From NCBI RefSeq assembly GCF_006345805.1, contig NC_043014.1, positions 1,612,001-1,676,000 of the forward strand: DNA of 64,000 bases. The letters run 5' to 3'. Shown in pieces: positions 23,400 through 35,632 of this stretch. The notes beneath the pieces were generated by a model that was not told where the DNA came from, searched no databases, and was given only the letters and a program-made list of their open reading frames with translations. The stretch is from Octopus sinensis. Its lineage: Eukaryota. Position 1 is the first letter of the stretch. Every line of letters starts with the position of its first letter. Position numbers and translations under genes: made by a program.

Positions 23400-24450
23400 T
23401 TCATAAAATACCACAGTTGGGACCAATACCTCAATTACGAACAGTTTCTGATCCCTTAGAAACATCACGTAGAATCCATGATAGAGTATCGATCCCAAAT
23501 CGGGAATTATACCTACCTGTCAGGTATGCATTACTCGAGGCCGTGACATCTACCAGTGTGTATTTCTTGAAATGCACATATTTGGGATTCTACAGTCTTT
23601 GAATGCTACATGTACATGTGGGATTGTCCCTTTCACGGACTGCACATGTTCAAGTTGGTGCTTACCATGGAATGTGCCCACATTTTAGACTGAGCCTCTC
23701 TTCGCTTGCACATACTTTGTAGGTTGCATATCTTTTGACTGTGCAGACGTGGGGCTGCACTCAACTGATATTATGCGCATATGGAACGATGCATATCTGG
23801 CATGGTGCATACTTTTTTCGACAGGGGTGGTTTCATAAGATAATTGCTTGCAAATATCCACTGCTGTTAGGATTCGGTTGCCTTTGGAGAGCCTATGGAT
23901 TCACTGATCCATCTATAGTGTTGTTTTTCTCGGAGCGCCCGTTCTTTGCCGATCTTTGTATAGGCCAGTGGTTTGGTAAAGCTTCCATGCTTGAACACAG
24001 GCCGTTTTGCTGCATCCTAATTGCTTCCTAATGTTCATGAAGGACACATTTTGCTGATGAAGTGACACGATCTTTGATCTAGTAAATTGGATGATACTAC
24101 AACGCTTTCCCATAGCAAATTAATGTGTAACGATGCTCGATTATTAAATAAATCAGAGCAGTACGACCAGCCATATGACCACCCATTTGGTTTATTAATT
24201 TGCATAATCTTGGTACGATTCTAAACTTAGTTTGCCGACAATTTCTAATCATTTGAAATAATTGTGCCTTAGAATTATTCAAATTGTCGAAAGATATATA
24301 AAGCCTGTATCAATCGAAAGAGAAAGAATTCTACATAAACTGTAAAAATTAAAATAATTTTATAAAGTTTTGTTAAAAATAAATTATTGGAGGAATAGAA
24401 CTCTCAGCATTGTTCTTAAACTTACTTTGGCCAGAGTATGTATGGACGCC
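23400..24450 (-). mobile_element. Tc1 transposon 5' fragment (paired/HTH region)
   Basis: ORF 24113-23913: MGKR...RSKIVSLHQQ...IRKQLGCSKTAC...TGLYKDRQRTGAPRKTT. Extent uncertain. Confidence 0.6.
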
Positions 24451-24468
24451 TGTATGTATATGTATCTT

Positions 24469-24526
<58 letters not shown>

Positions 24527-24529
24527 ATA

Positions 24530-24568
<39 letters not shown>

Positions 24569-24754
24569 TCACACACACACACACACACCACACACACACA
24601 CACTCAGCATTTTAAAACTGTTGTAATACTTGCAACATTTAATAAAATGATGTAGTACGAAACGATCGTACCAAATTACCGGAGTCATTCTTGTCGCTTA
24701 TTTTGATTATATACATACATACATACAACATACATACATACATACATACATACA

Positions 24755-24812
<58 letters not shown>

Positions 24813-25724
24813 TATATATTATATATATATATGCACACATATATATATGTGTATGTATGTATTTGTGTGTGTATGTATGTATGTATGTATGTATGTATGT
24901 ATGTATGTATGTATGTATGTATGTATGTATGCCTGTGTGTATACTTGTGTTTGTATGTATGTATCATTAATGACAAGGGAACTAGAAATTATGTCATGAA
25001 TTCCATTAGCTTACGGCTGTTTCTGCCATTAGATGCAATGTGCTCAGAATTGAATGATTGCGCAACGCCTTATAGCTTCACTGGAGTTTCAAAACTGAAG
25101 TGAAATTTTAACTATACATAAAATATGTATACTTATAAGCACCTATGATATAGTTGTATTTTGTGGATTTCTGTGTGTGTGTGTGTGTGTGAATATAAAA
25201 AAGAAAAAGCAGTAGTAGAAGAACAAGAAGAAGAACAACAACAAAAGCAACAACAACAGCAACAGAAGTAGGTAGGTATCTAAACAACAATGTATCAAGT
25301 AAAAAAGAGACCCTCAGAACACTGATGAAGGCCCCTAGGGCCCCAAATCGTTCGGTCCAATCAATCTATTCATACAGAACATGAATAACCGTCCACCTGT
25401 AAATCCACCCGATGTTTTGATACCCTACATGTCGTAAAGTACACGATGGCATGAGAGGAGCGGATGTCTAGTGGGGGGTCGTGTGATATCTCTTGGCTAT
25501 CTCTTGAGATTGTTATCAACATAGGACATAGGGAATCCGATATCTGTAAATGGTGGCGGGCGGGGGGGATATGAATGATATTGTAACACACACACACACA
25601 CACACATTGGTGCATGCACACATACACATACACACAATGACACAATGGTGCACGCACACGCACGCACAGGGACACACGGGACTCTCTCTCTCTCTTTCTC
25701 TCTCTCTCACACACACACACACCT

Positions 25725-26135
25725 ACTCTTTTACTCTTTTACTCTTTTACTTGTTTCAGTCATTTGACTGCGGCCATGCTGGAGCACCGTCTTTAATCAA
25801 GCAAATCGACCCCGGGACTTATTCTTTGTAAGCCCAGTACTTAATCTATCGGTCTCTTTTGCCGAACCGCTAAGTGACGGGGACATAAACACACCAGCAT
25901 CGGTTGTCAAGCAATGCTAGGGGACAAACACAGACACACAAACATATACACACACACTTATATATATATATACATATATACGACAGGCTTCTTTCAGTTT
26001 CCGTCTACCAAATCCACTCACAAGGCATTAGTCGGCCCGGGGCTATAGCAGAAGACACTTGCCCAAGATGCCACGCAGTGGGACTGAACCCGGAACCATG
26101 TGGCTGGTTAGCAAGCTACTAACCACACAGCCACT
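25725..26135 (-). mobile_element. SINE family C, full length, (AAAAGAGT)n tail
   Basis: Near-identical to 27498-27937. Confidence 0.85.
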
Positions 26136-26730
26136 CACAATACATAGACATATATAACAATCGCATACACACACATAAACATGTCACTACATAGATATTA
26201 ACATCGCGTAATTGCACCAACAACACATTCACTCAATCACTTATGCATCTATGTCTATGAATTCTCAGTGATTTTATTAGTTTGAGCAGATTACAAAAAT
26301 GTGCATATATATATAATATATTAATATTATATATATATACGTAAATATAAGAGAGTTACCGTTAAGTGGTTAACTCTAGTGCTAGAAATAGCTCCTTATT
26401 CTGGTATAGCCACCGAAGTAGTTTCCACAAAAGAAATAACATTACCTCCAACGTATGGAAAGCGAAATACAACGAAAAGATAGATTAATGCTGAACAATT
26501 GTTTCTTTATCAACATAATATGCAATTATACTCACATATTTATCTATAAATCATCAGCAGCATTTGTTTTCGATACAATTTATTAGACCATCACGGGCGA
26601 TAAATACCCATGCGGTCCAATCGATTGCATACATAGTTGTGATTTAGCTTCCCCGCCAAAAGCATGGTAAGACTTAGTGGAAACGAGTACTGCATATAAT
26701 ATTTAGTGCAGTATATTATATATATATATA

Positions 26731-26859
26731 GGTGTGTGGGCTCAGTGGTTAGAGCGTCGAGCTTACGATCGTGAAGTTGTGAGTTCGATTCCCATACTGG
26801 GCTGTGTGTTGTTTTCTTGAGCAAGATACTTTATTTCACGTTGCTCCAGTTAACTCAGC
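26731..26859 (+). mobile_element. tRNA-derived SINE, family A head
   Basis: GGCTCAGTGGTTAGAGC...GAGTTCGATTCC...cttgagcaagatactttatttcacg. Confidence 0.75.
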
Positions 26860-26879
26860 GCTCGAATTCCCTTTACTAC

Positions 26880-27497
26880 CAAGGTATGTAAAATACTTCA
26901 CATGATTTAGTCTTTCCCCATCAACCTGTGTAAGAGTGTCAGGAAAATTGTGAACCAGTGGCCTCTGCTTGACACCTCGAATTTGTTTCGGAGTAGGGCA
27001 AAGTTGGTGGATTACTTCCGTCTTCTTTTATGCTGATGGTCAAACCGAAGGCTTTACATGCAGCAGAAAACCGGTCCAGAAGTTCCTGAGCTTCCTCTAA
27101 AGGGGTCGCTCCTAGTGCAGCATCATCTGCAAAAAGTAGATCACGAACGATTCTGGTGCGTAGCAGTGTCCTGGCTTTGAAATGCTGATGATTGAATAGT
27201 CCACCACTTGTTCGAAACTGGAATTTGACACCACTTTGTATATCACCAAAAGCATACCTCAGCATCAATGAAAAGAAAAGAACAAACAAAACATGGGTCA
27301 TTGTACAACCTTGCTTTGTGCCGTTTGTAACATCGAAGGAAGCCAAAGATTACCCACCGGCCCCGACAGCAGCCTTCATTCTCTAATGAAAGGAGATGAT
27401 AACATTCAACATTTTGTCATGTATACCAAGCTTTGTCAGAACTTTCTCAAGTGCTTGCTGGTCAACAGTGTCGAAGGCCTTAGTAAGGTCAACGAAT
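26880..27497 (-). mobile_element. RTE (BovB-like) reverse transcriptase fragment, interrupted by a SINE
   Basis: FVDLTKAFDTVD, NGTKQGC, FRTSGGLFN, DLLFADDAAL, FGLTISIK. Confidence 0.85.
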
Positions 27498-27725
27498 ACT
27501 CTCTACTCTTTACTCTTTTACTTGTTTCAGTCATTTGACTGCGGCCATGCTGGAGCACCGCCTTTAGTCGAGCAAATCGACCCCAGGACTTATTCTTTGT
27601 AAGCCCAGTACTTATTCTATCGGTCTCTTTTGCCGAACCGCTAAGTGACGGGGACGTAAACACACCAGCATCGGTTGTCAAGCAATGCTAGGAGGACAAA
27701 CACACACACACAAACACACACACAT

Positions 27726-27772
<47 letters not shown>

Positions 27773-27937
27773 TACGACAAGCTTCTTTCAGTTTCCGTCT
27801 ACCAAATCCACTCACAAGGCATTGGTCGGCCCGGGGCTATAGCAGAAGACACTTGCCCAAGATGCCACGCAGTGGGACTGAACCCAGAACCATGTGGCTG
27901 GTTAGCAAGCTACTTACCACACAGCCACTCCTGCGCC
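27498..27937 (-). mobile_element. SINE family C, full length
   Basis: ggcgcaggagtggctgtgtggtaag head and (AAAGAGT)n tail. Confidence 0.85.
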
Positions 27938-28321
27938 TATGAGCATCTCTTGATTTTTCCCACGTACCTTCTCCATGACCTGTCGAAGGGAAAAGATTAT
28001 GTCGATAGGGCCACGACCAGAGCGATATCCACACTGCAATTCTGGATAAATATCATTTGCAATGAGTTTGATGATCCCGCCAAGAACGAGTCATACACAT
28101 ACATTTCTTACATAAATATATATACATACATTTACACACACACACATCTTTGCATTTATTAATTCCACATTCCGCATATACCCTGCTTTGCACATACATA
28201 CACACACAAATATGTGTATATATATATATATTATTGCCACACACCTATACATACACATCTGCTGATGTCATTTCTTATATCCTGCTTTCAGAATAATTCC
28301 TTTTAAGGTAATATTGATTTT

Positions 28322-28487
28322 TTTTTCGTCTGTCTACGTTCTGAGTTCAAATTCCGCCGTGGTCGACATTGCTTTTCTTCTTTGAGGAGTCGATAAATTA
28401 AGTACCAGTTGCGTACTTGGGTCGATCTAATGACTGGTTCCCCCTCCGCTAAAATTTCGGGCTTTGTGCCTAGAGCAGAAAAGAATA
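28322..28487 (+). mobile_element. SINE family B, older-tail subfamily, 5'-truncated, with aatattg TSD
   Basis: Core motif present; an empty paralogous site lies at ~30645. Confidence 0.7.
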
Positions 28488-28617
28488 TTGTTGATCTGTT
28501 TTGTTTATTTCATGAAGAAATTTCTAGTGTGTGTGTGTATGTGTGCTTGTGTGCGTGTATGTGTGCGTATGTGTGAATGTATGTATTTATATGATGTGTA
28601 TGTATGTGTGTATGTAT

Positions 28618-28720
28618 GCCATTGTTCAGTTTTATTCCAAGATTTCTTGCCAATAGAGAAAGACCCGGTTTCTAACCTAGATCCAAGGCTCCTTCATTGG
28701 AATTTCAACATCAACAACAG
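28618..28720. repeat. ~105-bp interspersed repeat; inverted copy at ~37705-37810
   Basis: cattgttcagttttatt...tctaacctagatccaag...ttggaatttcaacatcaaca in both orientations. Confidence 0.7.
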
Positions 28721-28868
28721 AGCATGTATGCATGTATATATGTATGTATATATTTATGCATGCATGTATGTATGTATGCATGTATGTATGTATATGTATG
28801 TATGTATGTGTGTATGTATGTATGTATGTATGTATGTGTGTGTGTATGTATGTATGTATGTATGTATG

Positions 28869-28900
<32 letters not shown>

Positions 28901-29222
28901 TGTATGTAGGTATGTATGTATGTATGTATGTATGTATGTATGTGTGTATGTGTGTATGTATGTATGTGTGTATGTATGTATGTGTGTATGTATGTATGTG
29001 TATGTATGTATGTATGTATGTATGTGTGTATGTATGTATGTGGGTATGTATGTATGTGTGTATGTATGTATGCATGTATATATGTATGTATATATTTATG
29101 CATGCATGTATGTATGTATGCATGTATGTATGTATATGTATGTATGTATGTGTGTATGTATGTATGTATGTATGTATGTGTGTGTGTATGTATGTATGTA
29201 TGTATGTATGTATGTATGTATG

Positions 29223-29254
<32 letters not shown>

Positions 29255-29641
29255 TGTATGTATGTATGTATGTATGTATGTATGTGTGTATGTGTGTATG
29301 TATGTATGTGTGTATGTATGTATGTGTGTATGTATGTATGTGTGTATGTATGTATGTATGTATGTATGTATGTGTGTATGTATGTATGTGTGTATGTATG
29401 TGTGTATGTATGTATGTGTGTATGTATGTATGTATGTATGTATGTATGTGTGTATGTATGTATGTGTGTATGTATGTATGTATGTATGTATGTATGTATG
29501 TATGTATGTATGTGTGTATGTGTGTATGTATGTATGTGTGTATGTATGTATGTATGTGTGTATGTATGTATGTATGTATGTGTGTATGTATGTATGTGTG
29601 TATGTATGTATGTGTGTATGTATGTATGCATGTATGTATGT
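28721..29641. repeat. (TATG)n microsatellite array, ~920 bp
   Basis: Direct reading; source of the long YVCM/HTYI pseudo-ORFs. Confidence 0.95.
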
Positions 29642-30042
29642 GCAATTTTGTATGTTTTGCTTTATATATGCATTCTCATGCATATACTTGCATATCTAGA
29701 CATGCTCATATATACTTAAATATGTATATATTGATGTCTCTGTAAATACACGCACAGACTCACACTCACATATAGACATAAATATATCATGCATTTTTTA
29801 GTATGAGTGGGGGTAGGGGAGCAAGGGTCATAGCCATGTGTTGCACGATAAACCCATTAAAGCGCCATTAAAATGCCATTAAAATTGCCATATTGTCCAT
29901 GACACCGTGGGACCGACACGAGTTCGTCTATAAACACTTTACATGACGACATAACCAATTATTTAAATCGTCTTTTCGGAGCATCGGACGCACACATTCT
30001 CCTGCATCTTCCTTCACCCACTCTCTTTCTCTCACGCTCAGA

Positions 30043-30086
<44 letters not shown>

Positions 30087-30094
30087 CTGTGTTT

Positions 30095-30242
30095 TTCTCT
30101 CTCTGTGTATCTTTCTGTTGAAGAGCGTAGGCTCGAAACGTTAAAGACTTGTTTTATTATATTCCTGAGCGCCATACTAATACAATTGTTCGTTTGTTTT
30201 CCACCTGCCTTCGTCTTGTTTTATTTTCATAAAGCTTCCCGT

Positions 30243-30245
<3 letters not shown>
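30095..30245 (+). mobile_element. Short Penelope-type terminal repeat with a hammerhead-like motif
   Basis: TCTTT-CTGTTGA-A-GAGC(GTAG)GCTC-GAAAC-GTT-AAAGA at 30110-30147. Second copy near 10200. Confidence 0.55.
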
Positions 30246-30278
<33 letters not shown>

Positions 30279-31260
30279 ATATATATATATATATATCTAT
30301 ATTATATATATATGTATATATATATAATATATATATAAACATACATATATATGTGTGTCATATATATTATATAATATATATATATAATATAAACATACAG
30401 ACAAATAGATTGATAGATAGATAGATATCTTTTCATACACTTCTTATAAATATGTATATACACACATATGTATATATTTATTAATGCCACATTACGCATA
30501 TATGCTGCTTCACACGAACACACACACACAAATATGTGTATATATATATATATATATTATTGACACACACACACACACATATACATACACATCTGTTCAT
30601 GTCATTTCTTGTATCCTGCTTTCAGAATCATTCCTTTTAAGGTAATATTGTTGTTGATTTGTTTTGTTTATTTCGGGAAGAAATTTCTAGTGTGTGTGTG
30701 TGTGTGTGTTTGTATTTGTGTGTGTGTGTAATGATATATATAAATCCCATATATCAGCTTAATTCTCGTCCATCTGATAATCTCTTTTAATGCCTTAAAC
30801 CAGTTTTCAAATAACTTAAAACTAATTAACAAAATAAAGTCGCCTTACAATAGAACTTTATTAGTTGAATACTTATTCTTTTGCCTTTTTTACACGAATT
30901 TCTTTACAGAAGATGCGTTTTAGTTCTTCGCTTTTTGCCGTAAATCGAAGTCTGCAGAAAGCTGACCATACATCTGGTATTCATTATCTTTTAAGCAGAT
31001 GACGATCTTTGGGGTTAGATGGATTGATGTTGGAAGGCTTAAGTTTTACTTGAATTGATGCTTTAGGGTTTGGAATGGCAGTAGATAGAGTTCCTTTGTA
31101 GCCCTGTATTTATTTGGGATAAATAACTGTGCAAAACGAGAAAGAGAAAATGAAAGGCGGAGAAGGCTAGAAATGGAGAGGAAGGTAAATAAATACCTTC
31201 GAAGGTGACCGAAAAACAAGAGAAAACCTGCTATAATAGGATCGATATTTTTAACTCGTG

Positions 31261-31408
31261 GAGGCGCAATGGCCTAGTGGTTAGGGCAGCGGACACGCGG
31301 TCGCAGGATCGCGGTTTCGATTCCCAGACCGGGCGTTGTGAGTGTTTATTGAGCGAAAACACCTAAAAGCTCCACGAGGCTCCGGCAGGGGTGGTGATCC
31401 TGCTGTAC
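31261..31408 (+). mobile_element. tRNA-derived SINE cut by the assembly gap
   Basis: A/B boxes; homologous to the minus-strand copy at 36880-37035. Confidence 0.75.
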
Positions 31409-31508
31409 NNNNNNNNNNNNNNNNNNNNNNNNNNNNNNNNNNNNNNNNNNNNNNNNNNNNNNNNNNNNNNNNNNNNNNNNNNNNNNNNNNNNNNNNNNNN
31501 NNNNNNNN
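31409..31508. other. Assembly gap (100 N, probably of arbitrary length)
   Basis: Run of N; the left SINE is cut and the right side resumes in a microsatellite. Confidence 0.99.
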
Positions 31509-32198
31509 CATACATGCATACATCCATCCATCCATACATACATACATTCGTATATACACACATACATACATACATACATACATTCGTATAGACATACATG
31601 AATATAGTTACACATTCGCTTCTATAAGCTAACACACACGCACACAAATATATACATACGCTTGCATTAGCTAAAACGCGCACATGCACTCACGCACACA
31701 CTTTCCATAACACACACACACACACACAAACGCACACATACACACACGTATACATACGCTTTTATATGCTAACCCGTAAGCTCTCCTTCTCCCTCTTTCC
31801 TCCTTTCTCTCCATCTCTCGCTTTCTTACTCTCTCCCCTCTCTTTCACTCTCCCCTCTCTCTCCCCGACACACTAGCATTGTAAAGGGTTCTCCGTCGCT
31901 GTTCGACTATAACTGTAACAGTTGTTTGATCACCGGGACCACTGGTTCATTCAATTAACGTTTAAGTGACCGAGTGCACCGCAGACAGATGTACTTTAAG
32001 CATAACCCTCAGACAGAATTCGTGTCACACAACATGTGACACGGATGCACTTTAAATTACAGCCAGCGTTCGTTTTATATTATCGTATATGTGGTTGAGT
32101 ATTCCGAAGCCCCGTGTGCCATTTATGTAACATTCTCAGGTAGAATGAATGTAAAACCGGATGTGACAATGTTGGACTTTTAAGTTAATTTCAATAAA

Positions 32199-32360
32199 GG
32201 CGCAGGAGTGGCTCTGTGGTAACAAGCTTGTACCCCAATCATATGGTTCCGAGTTCAGTCACACTGTGTGGCACCTTGGGCAGGAGTCTTCTACTATAGC
32301 CTCAGGCCGACAAAAGCCTTGTGAGCGGAAGACGTAGACGGAAACTGAAAGAAGCCCGTC
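32199..32360 (+). mobile_element. SINE family C 5' half; its microsatellite linker hosts the Tx1 copies
   Basis: Head through gaaagaagcccgtc, followed by (TCTA)n. Confidence 0.8.
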
Positions 32361-32363
32361 ATA

Positions 32364-32394
<31 letters not shown>

Positions 32395-32396
<2 letters not shown>

Positions 32397-33102
32397 GAGT
32401 CTATCGTCAATATTGTCACGCCTCCTTCCTTCAAACGGGAAGGAAGAGCTATTTTCATCATCCTTGTGGCTATGGCGAAAGAATGTATCTGGTGGACGCG
32501 TCTGAAAGGATTGGAGACAAACACTTTCCTCTCTGGTCAATCTCTCATCAACTTCTTCAAGTACCACTTGAAAAGGAAAGTGAGAGTAGAGAGGCAAGTT
32601 TTGTCTAGCGAATGTTTTAAAAAAAGATGGGTGAATGTAGCAAGAATGGCACGTATGAATGACGAAGCCACCTTGAGCATAGTCCTATGAACCCAGAAAT
32701 CGAAAACAGAGAGTTGCTTATTTGCAAAAAAAAAAAAAAAAAAAAAAAAAACGAAGAAATATAAAATGTGACTTCATTGACCGAGGTTACCGTGGTCTTT
32801 TCCGCAGGCTTTTCTCCACGGGTAAACCTCACCTGTCCTCCCCTTTACACTTCATATTGACATTTCTGTGATAACGATCCCTATTATCATTTTTTTTCCT
32901 CTCCCCCCCCCTTTTTTTTTTTTTTTTTTTAACCCCCCTTATTTTTGTCCTCTTTCTCTCCTTTTGATCCTTACGATCCCTTTTGATCGAACCTCCCCCT
33001 TCCTTTTTTTTTTTTTTTTTTTTTTTTAATACCTTCAAAAGAAAAGCTCTACCTTGTAATTTGTTCTATCTGTGTGCAGCCCTGTGTGGCTAATAAAGAA
33101 CA
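32395..33102 (+). mobile_element. Tx1-clade LINE, copy 1 (shorter 5'-truncated copy of the same family)
   Basis: Near-identical to 34928-35600. Encodes the C-terminus AKECIWWTRLKG...ATLSIVL*. Flanked on both sides by (TCTA)n. Confidence 0.88.
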
Positions 33103-33154
33103 TATCTATCATCTGTCTGTCTGTCTGTCCATCTATCTATTCATCTGTCCATCC

Positions 33155-33224
<70 letters not shown>

Positions 33225-33298
33225 ATATATTATCTATCTATCTATCATCTGTCTGTCTGTCTGTCTGTCTGTCCATCTATCTATTCATCTGTCCATCC

Positions 33299-33352
<54 letters not shown>

Positions 33353-33426
33353 ATTATCTATCTATCTATCATCTGTCTGTCTGTCTGTCTGTCTGTCTGT
33401 CCATCTATCTATTCATCTGTCCATCC

Positions 33427-33468
<42 letters not shown>

Positions 33469-33495
33469 ATATATATATTATCTATCTATCTATCA

Positions 33496-33529
<34 letters not shown>

Positions 33530-33530
33530 C

Positions 33531-33596
<66 letters not shown>

Positions 33597-33683
33597 TTAT
33601 CTATCTATATATATTATCTATCTATCTATCAATCTGTTGTGTCGTCTGTCTGTCTGTCCATCTATCTATTCATCTGTCCATCC

Positions 33684-33745
<62 letters not shown>
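33103..33745. repeat. (TCTA)/(TCTG)n array with ~130-145-bp higher-order units
   Basis: The marker attcatctgtccatcc recurs at ~33139, 33283, 33411 and 33668. Confidence 0.9.
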
Positions 33746-35600
33746 ACGTATTGACTCTTGAGCCACTACTGCGGAAGCTGGCGACTCTGAGGCATCCAGC
33801 GAGAATTAGGATTGCGGGACGAGCGTGTCTGCATACGCGGACGACGTCCCGTCATAGTGTCAAGCCACGAGCACATCGAGCGGGTCGGCGAGGACAATGA
33901 AAGACTACGAAGCGGTGACAGGAGCAAAAATCAACCGGGAAAAGTCAGTGGGCTTGCGGCTCGGCCCTGGAGAAGAAGCAAGCCCATGCCGCGTCCACCA
34001 GTACCTCCGTCGTGGGACGCTGGACAGACGGCCCGGTTGAGTTGCTCGGGGTCTGGTTCGCGGCCGGACCTCCAAATGGAGAAGAACTGGAACGAGAAAC
34101 GAGTAGGGTGGTCACTCTCGCCCCAGCATGGGCCGAGAGGAAACTGTCCCTAAAATGTCTCGGGCCGGGTGGTGAACGCGTACATCGCGTCCATCATCTA
34201 CTACCGCCTGACCGTCGTACCTTGTCCCGACCCTACCATCACCAAACTAGAACGCATCCTCTTCCGCTTCTTGTGGAAAGGATGCGTCCCGATGGTCAGG
34301 CGATCCATTTGCTGTCAACACCGTTTAAAAGGAGGGCTGGGCATGCCGTGGTTGATGATGCGCAGACACGCGCTGAGACTGCGACATCTCCGGCTCTATG
34401 TAGACGACGGTGAACAGGTGTGGTCGCCGTTTGTGAGGCACGCATTTCCGCAACTCGTCTCATGACCGAACTACAGTCGTGGATCAAAAAGAGGCCGAAG
34501 AAGGGCGAATGGCACCGCGAGTGTCGCGTTGCTCTCAAGCAACTCTGCCGTCCCGGGTCGACCTTGAGTGACTTCAACACAACCAAAGCATTCCATAGGG
34601 GATTAGGGAGGGGAGGTACGACGACGAGCTCGGGGCAAACCTGGGCGTCGACGAGAATACCTGACCCGCCTGTTCAAACGACTTTCGGCCCGGGACTATG
34701 GACAACTTCCAGAGATCCCTGGCCTGGCGGTGCTACCGAGAAGAAGCGCTACCCGTTCGGGATAAGCTCTATAGGCATGGCTCGAGAAAACGGGGCCGAC
34801 CTGCCCGAGAGATGCGGGCAGAGCGACGAAAACCTGCTGCACGCAATCGTGCAGTGTCCAGCAATTTCCCACCTGTGGGCTTATGTCGAACGACTGCTGT
34901 CACGTGTGGGACGTGTCGGTTTATCAGCTGAGTCTATCGTTAATATCGTCACGCCTCCTTCCTTCAAACGGAAGGAAGAGCTATTTTCATCATCCTTGTG
35001 GCTATGGCGAAAGAATGTATCTGGTGGACGCGTCTGAAAGGATTGGAGACAAACACTTTCCTCTCTGGTCAATCTCTCATCAACTTCTTCAAGTACCACT
35101 TGAAAAGGAAAGTGAGAGTAGAGAGGCAAGTTTTGTCTAGCGAATGTTTTAAAAAAGATGGTGAATGTAGCAAGAATGGCACGTATGAATGACGAAGCCA
35201 CCTTGAGCATAGTCTATGAACCCAGAAATCGAAAACAGAGAGTTGCTTATTTGCAAAAAAAAAAAAAAAAAAAAAGAAATATAAAAGTGACTTCATTGAC
35301 CGAGGTTACCGTGGTCTTTTCCGTAGGCTTTTCTTTCCACGGGTAAACCTCACCTGTCCTCCCATTTACACTTCATATGACATTTCTGTGATAACGATCC
35401 CTATTGATCAATTTTTTTTTCCTCTCCCCTTTTTTTTTTTTTTTTTAACACCCCCTTTCTTTTGTCCTCTTTCTCTCTTTTACGATCCCTTTTGATCGAA
35501 ACTCCCCCTTCCTTTTTTTTTTTTTTTTAACCTTCAAAAGAAAAGCTCTACCTTGTAATTTGTCTATCTGTGTGCAGCCCTGTGTGGCTAATAAAGAAAC
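33746..35600 (+). mobile_element. Tx1-clade (L1 group) LINE, copy 2, 5'-truncated inside RT, frameshifted
   Basis: [19 protein letters not shown]...LFRFLW, GGLGMP and a C-terminal CCHC-type knuckle (ERCGQSDENLLHAIVQC). The 3'UTR ends AATAAAGAAAC before (TCTA)n. Confidence 0.88.
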
Positions 35601-35632
35601 ATTCTATCTATCTATCTATCATCGATCTATCA

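Noticed and set aside
28464-29745. Long ORFs of 200-400 aa in the ORF track (YVCM, HTYI, IYLS, YIYM types; also 11265-11834, 21016-22121, 33072-33761, 40396-41580, 45566-46342)
   Set aside because: They are translations of tetra-, di- and hexanucleotide microsatellites that happen to lack stops; there is no coding signal.
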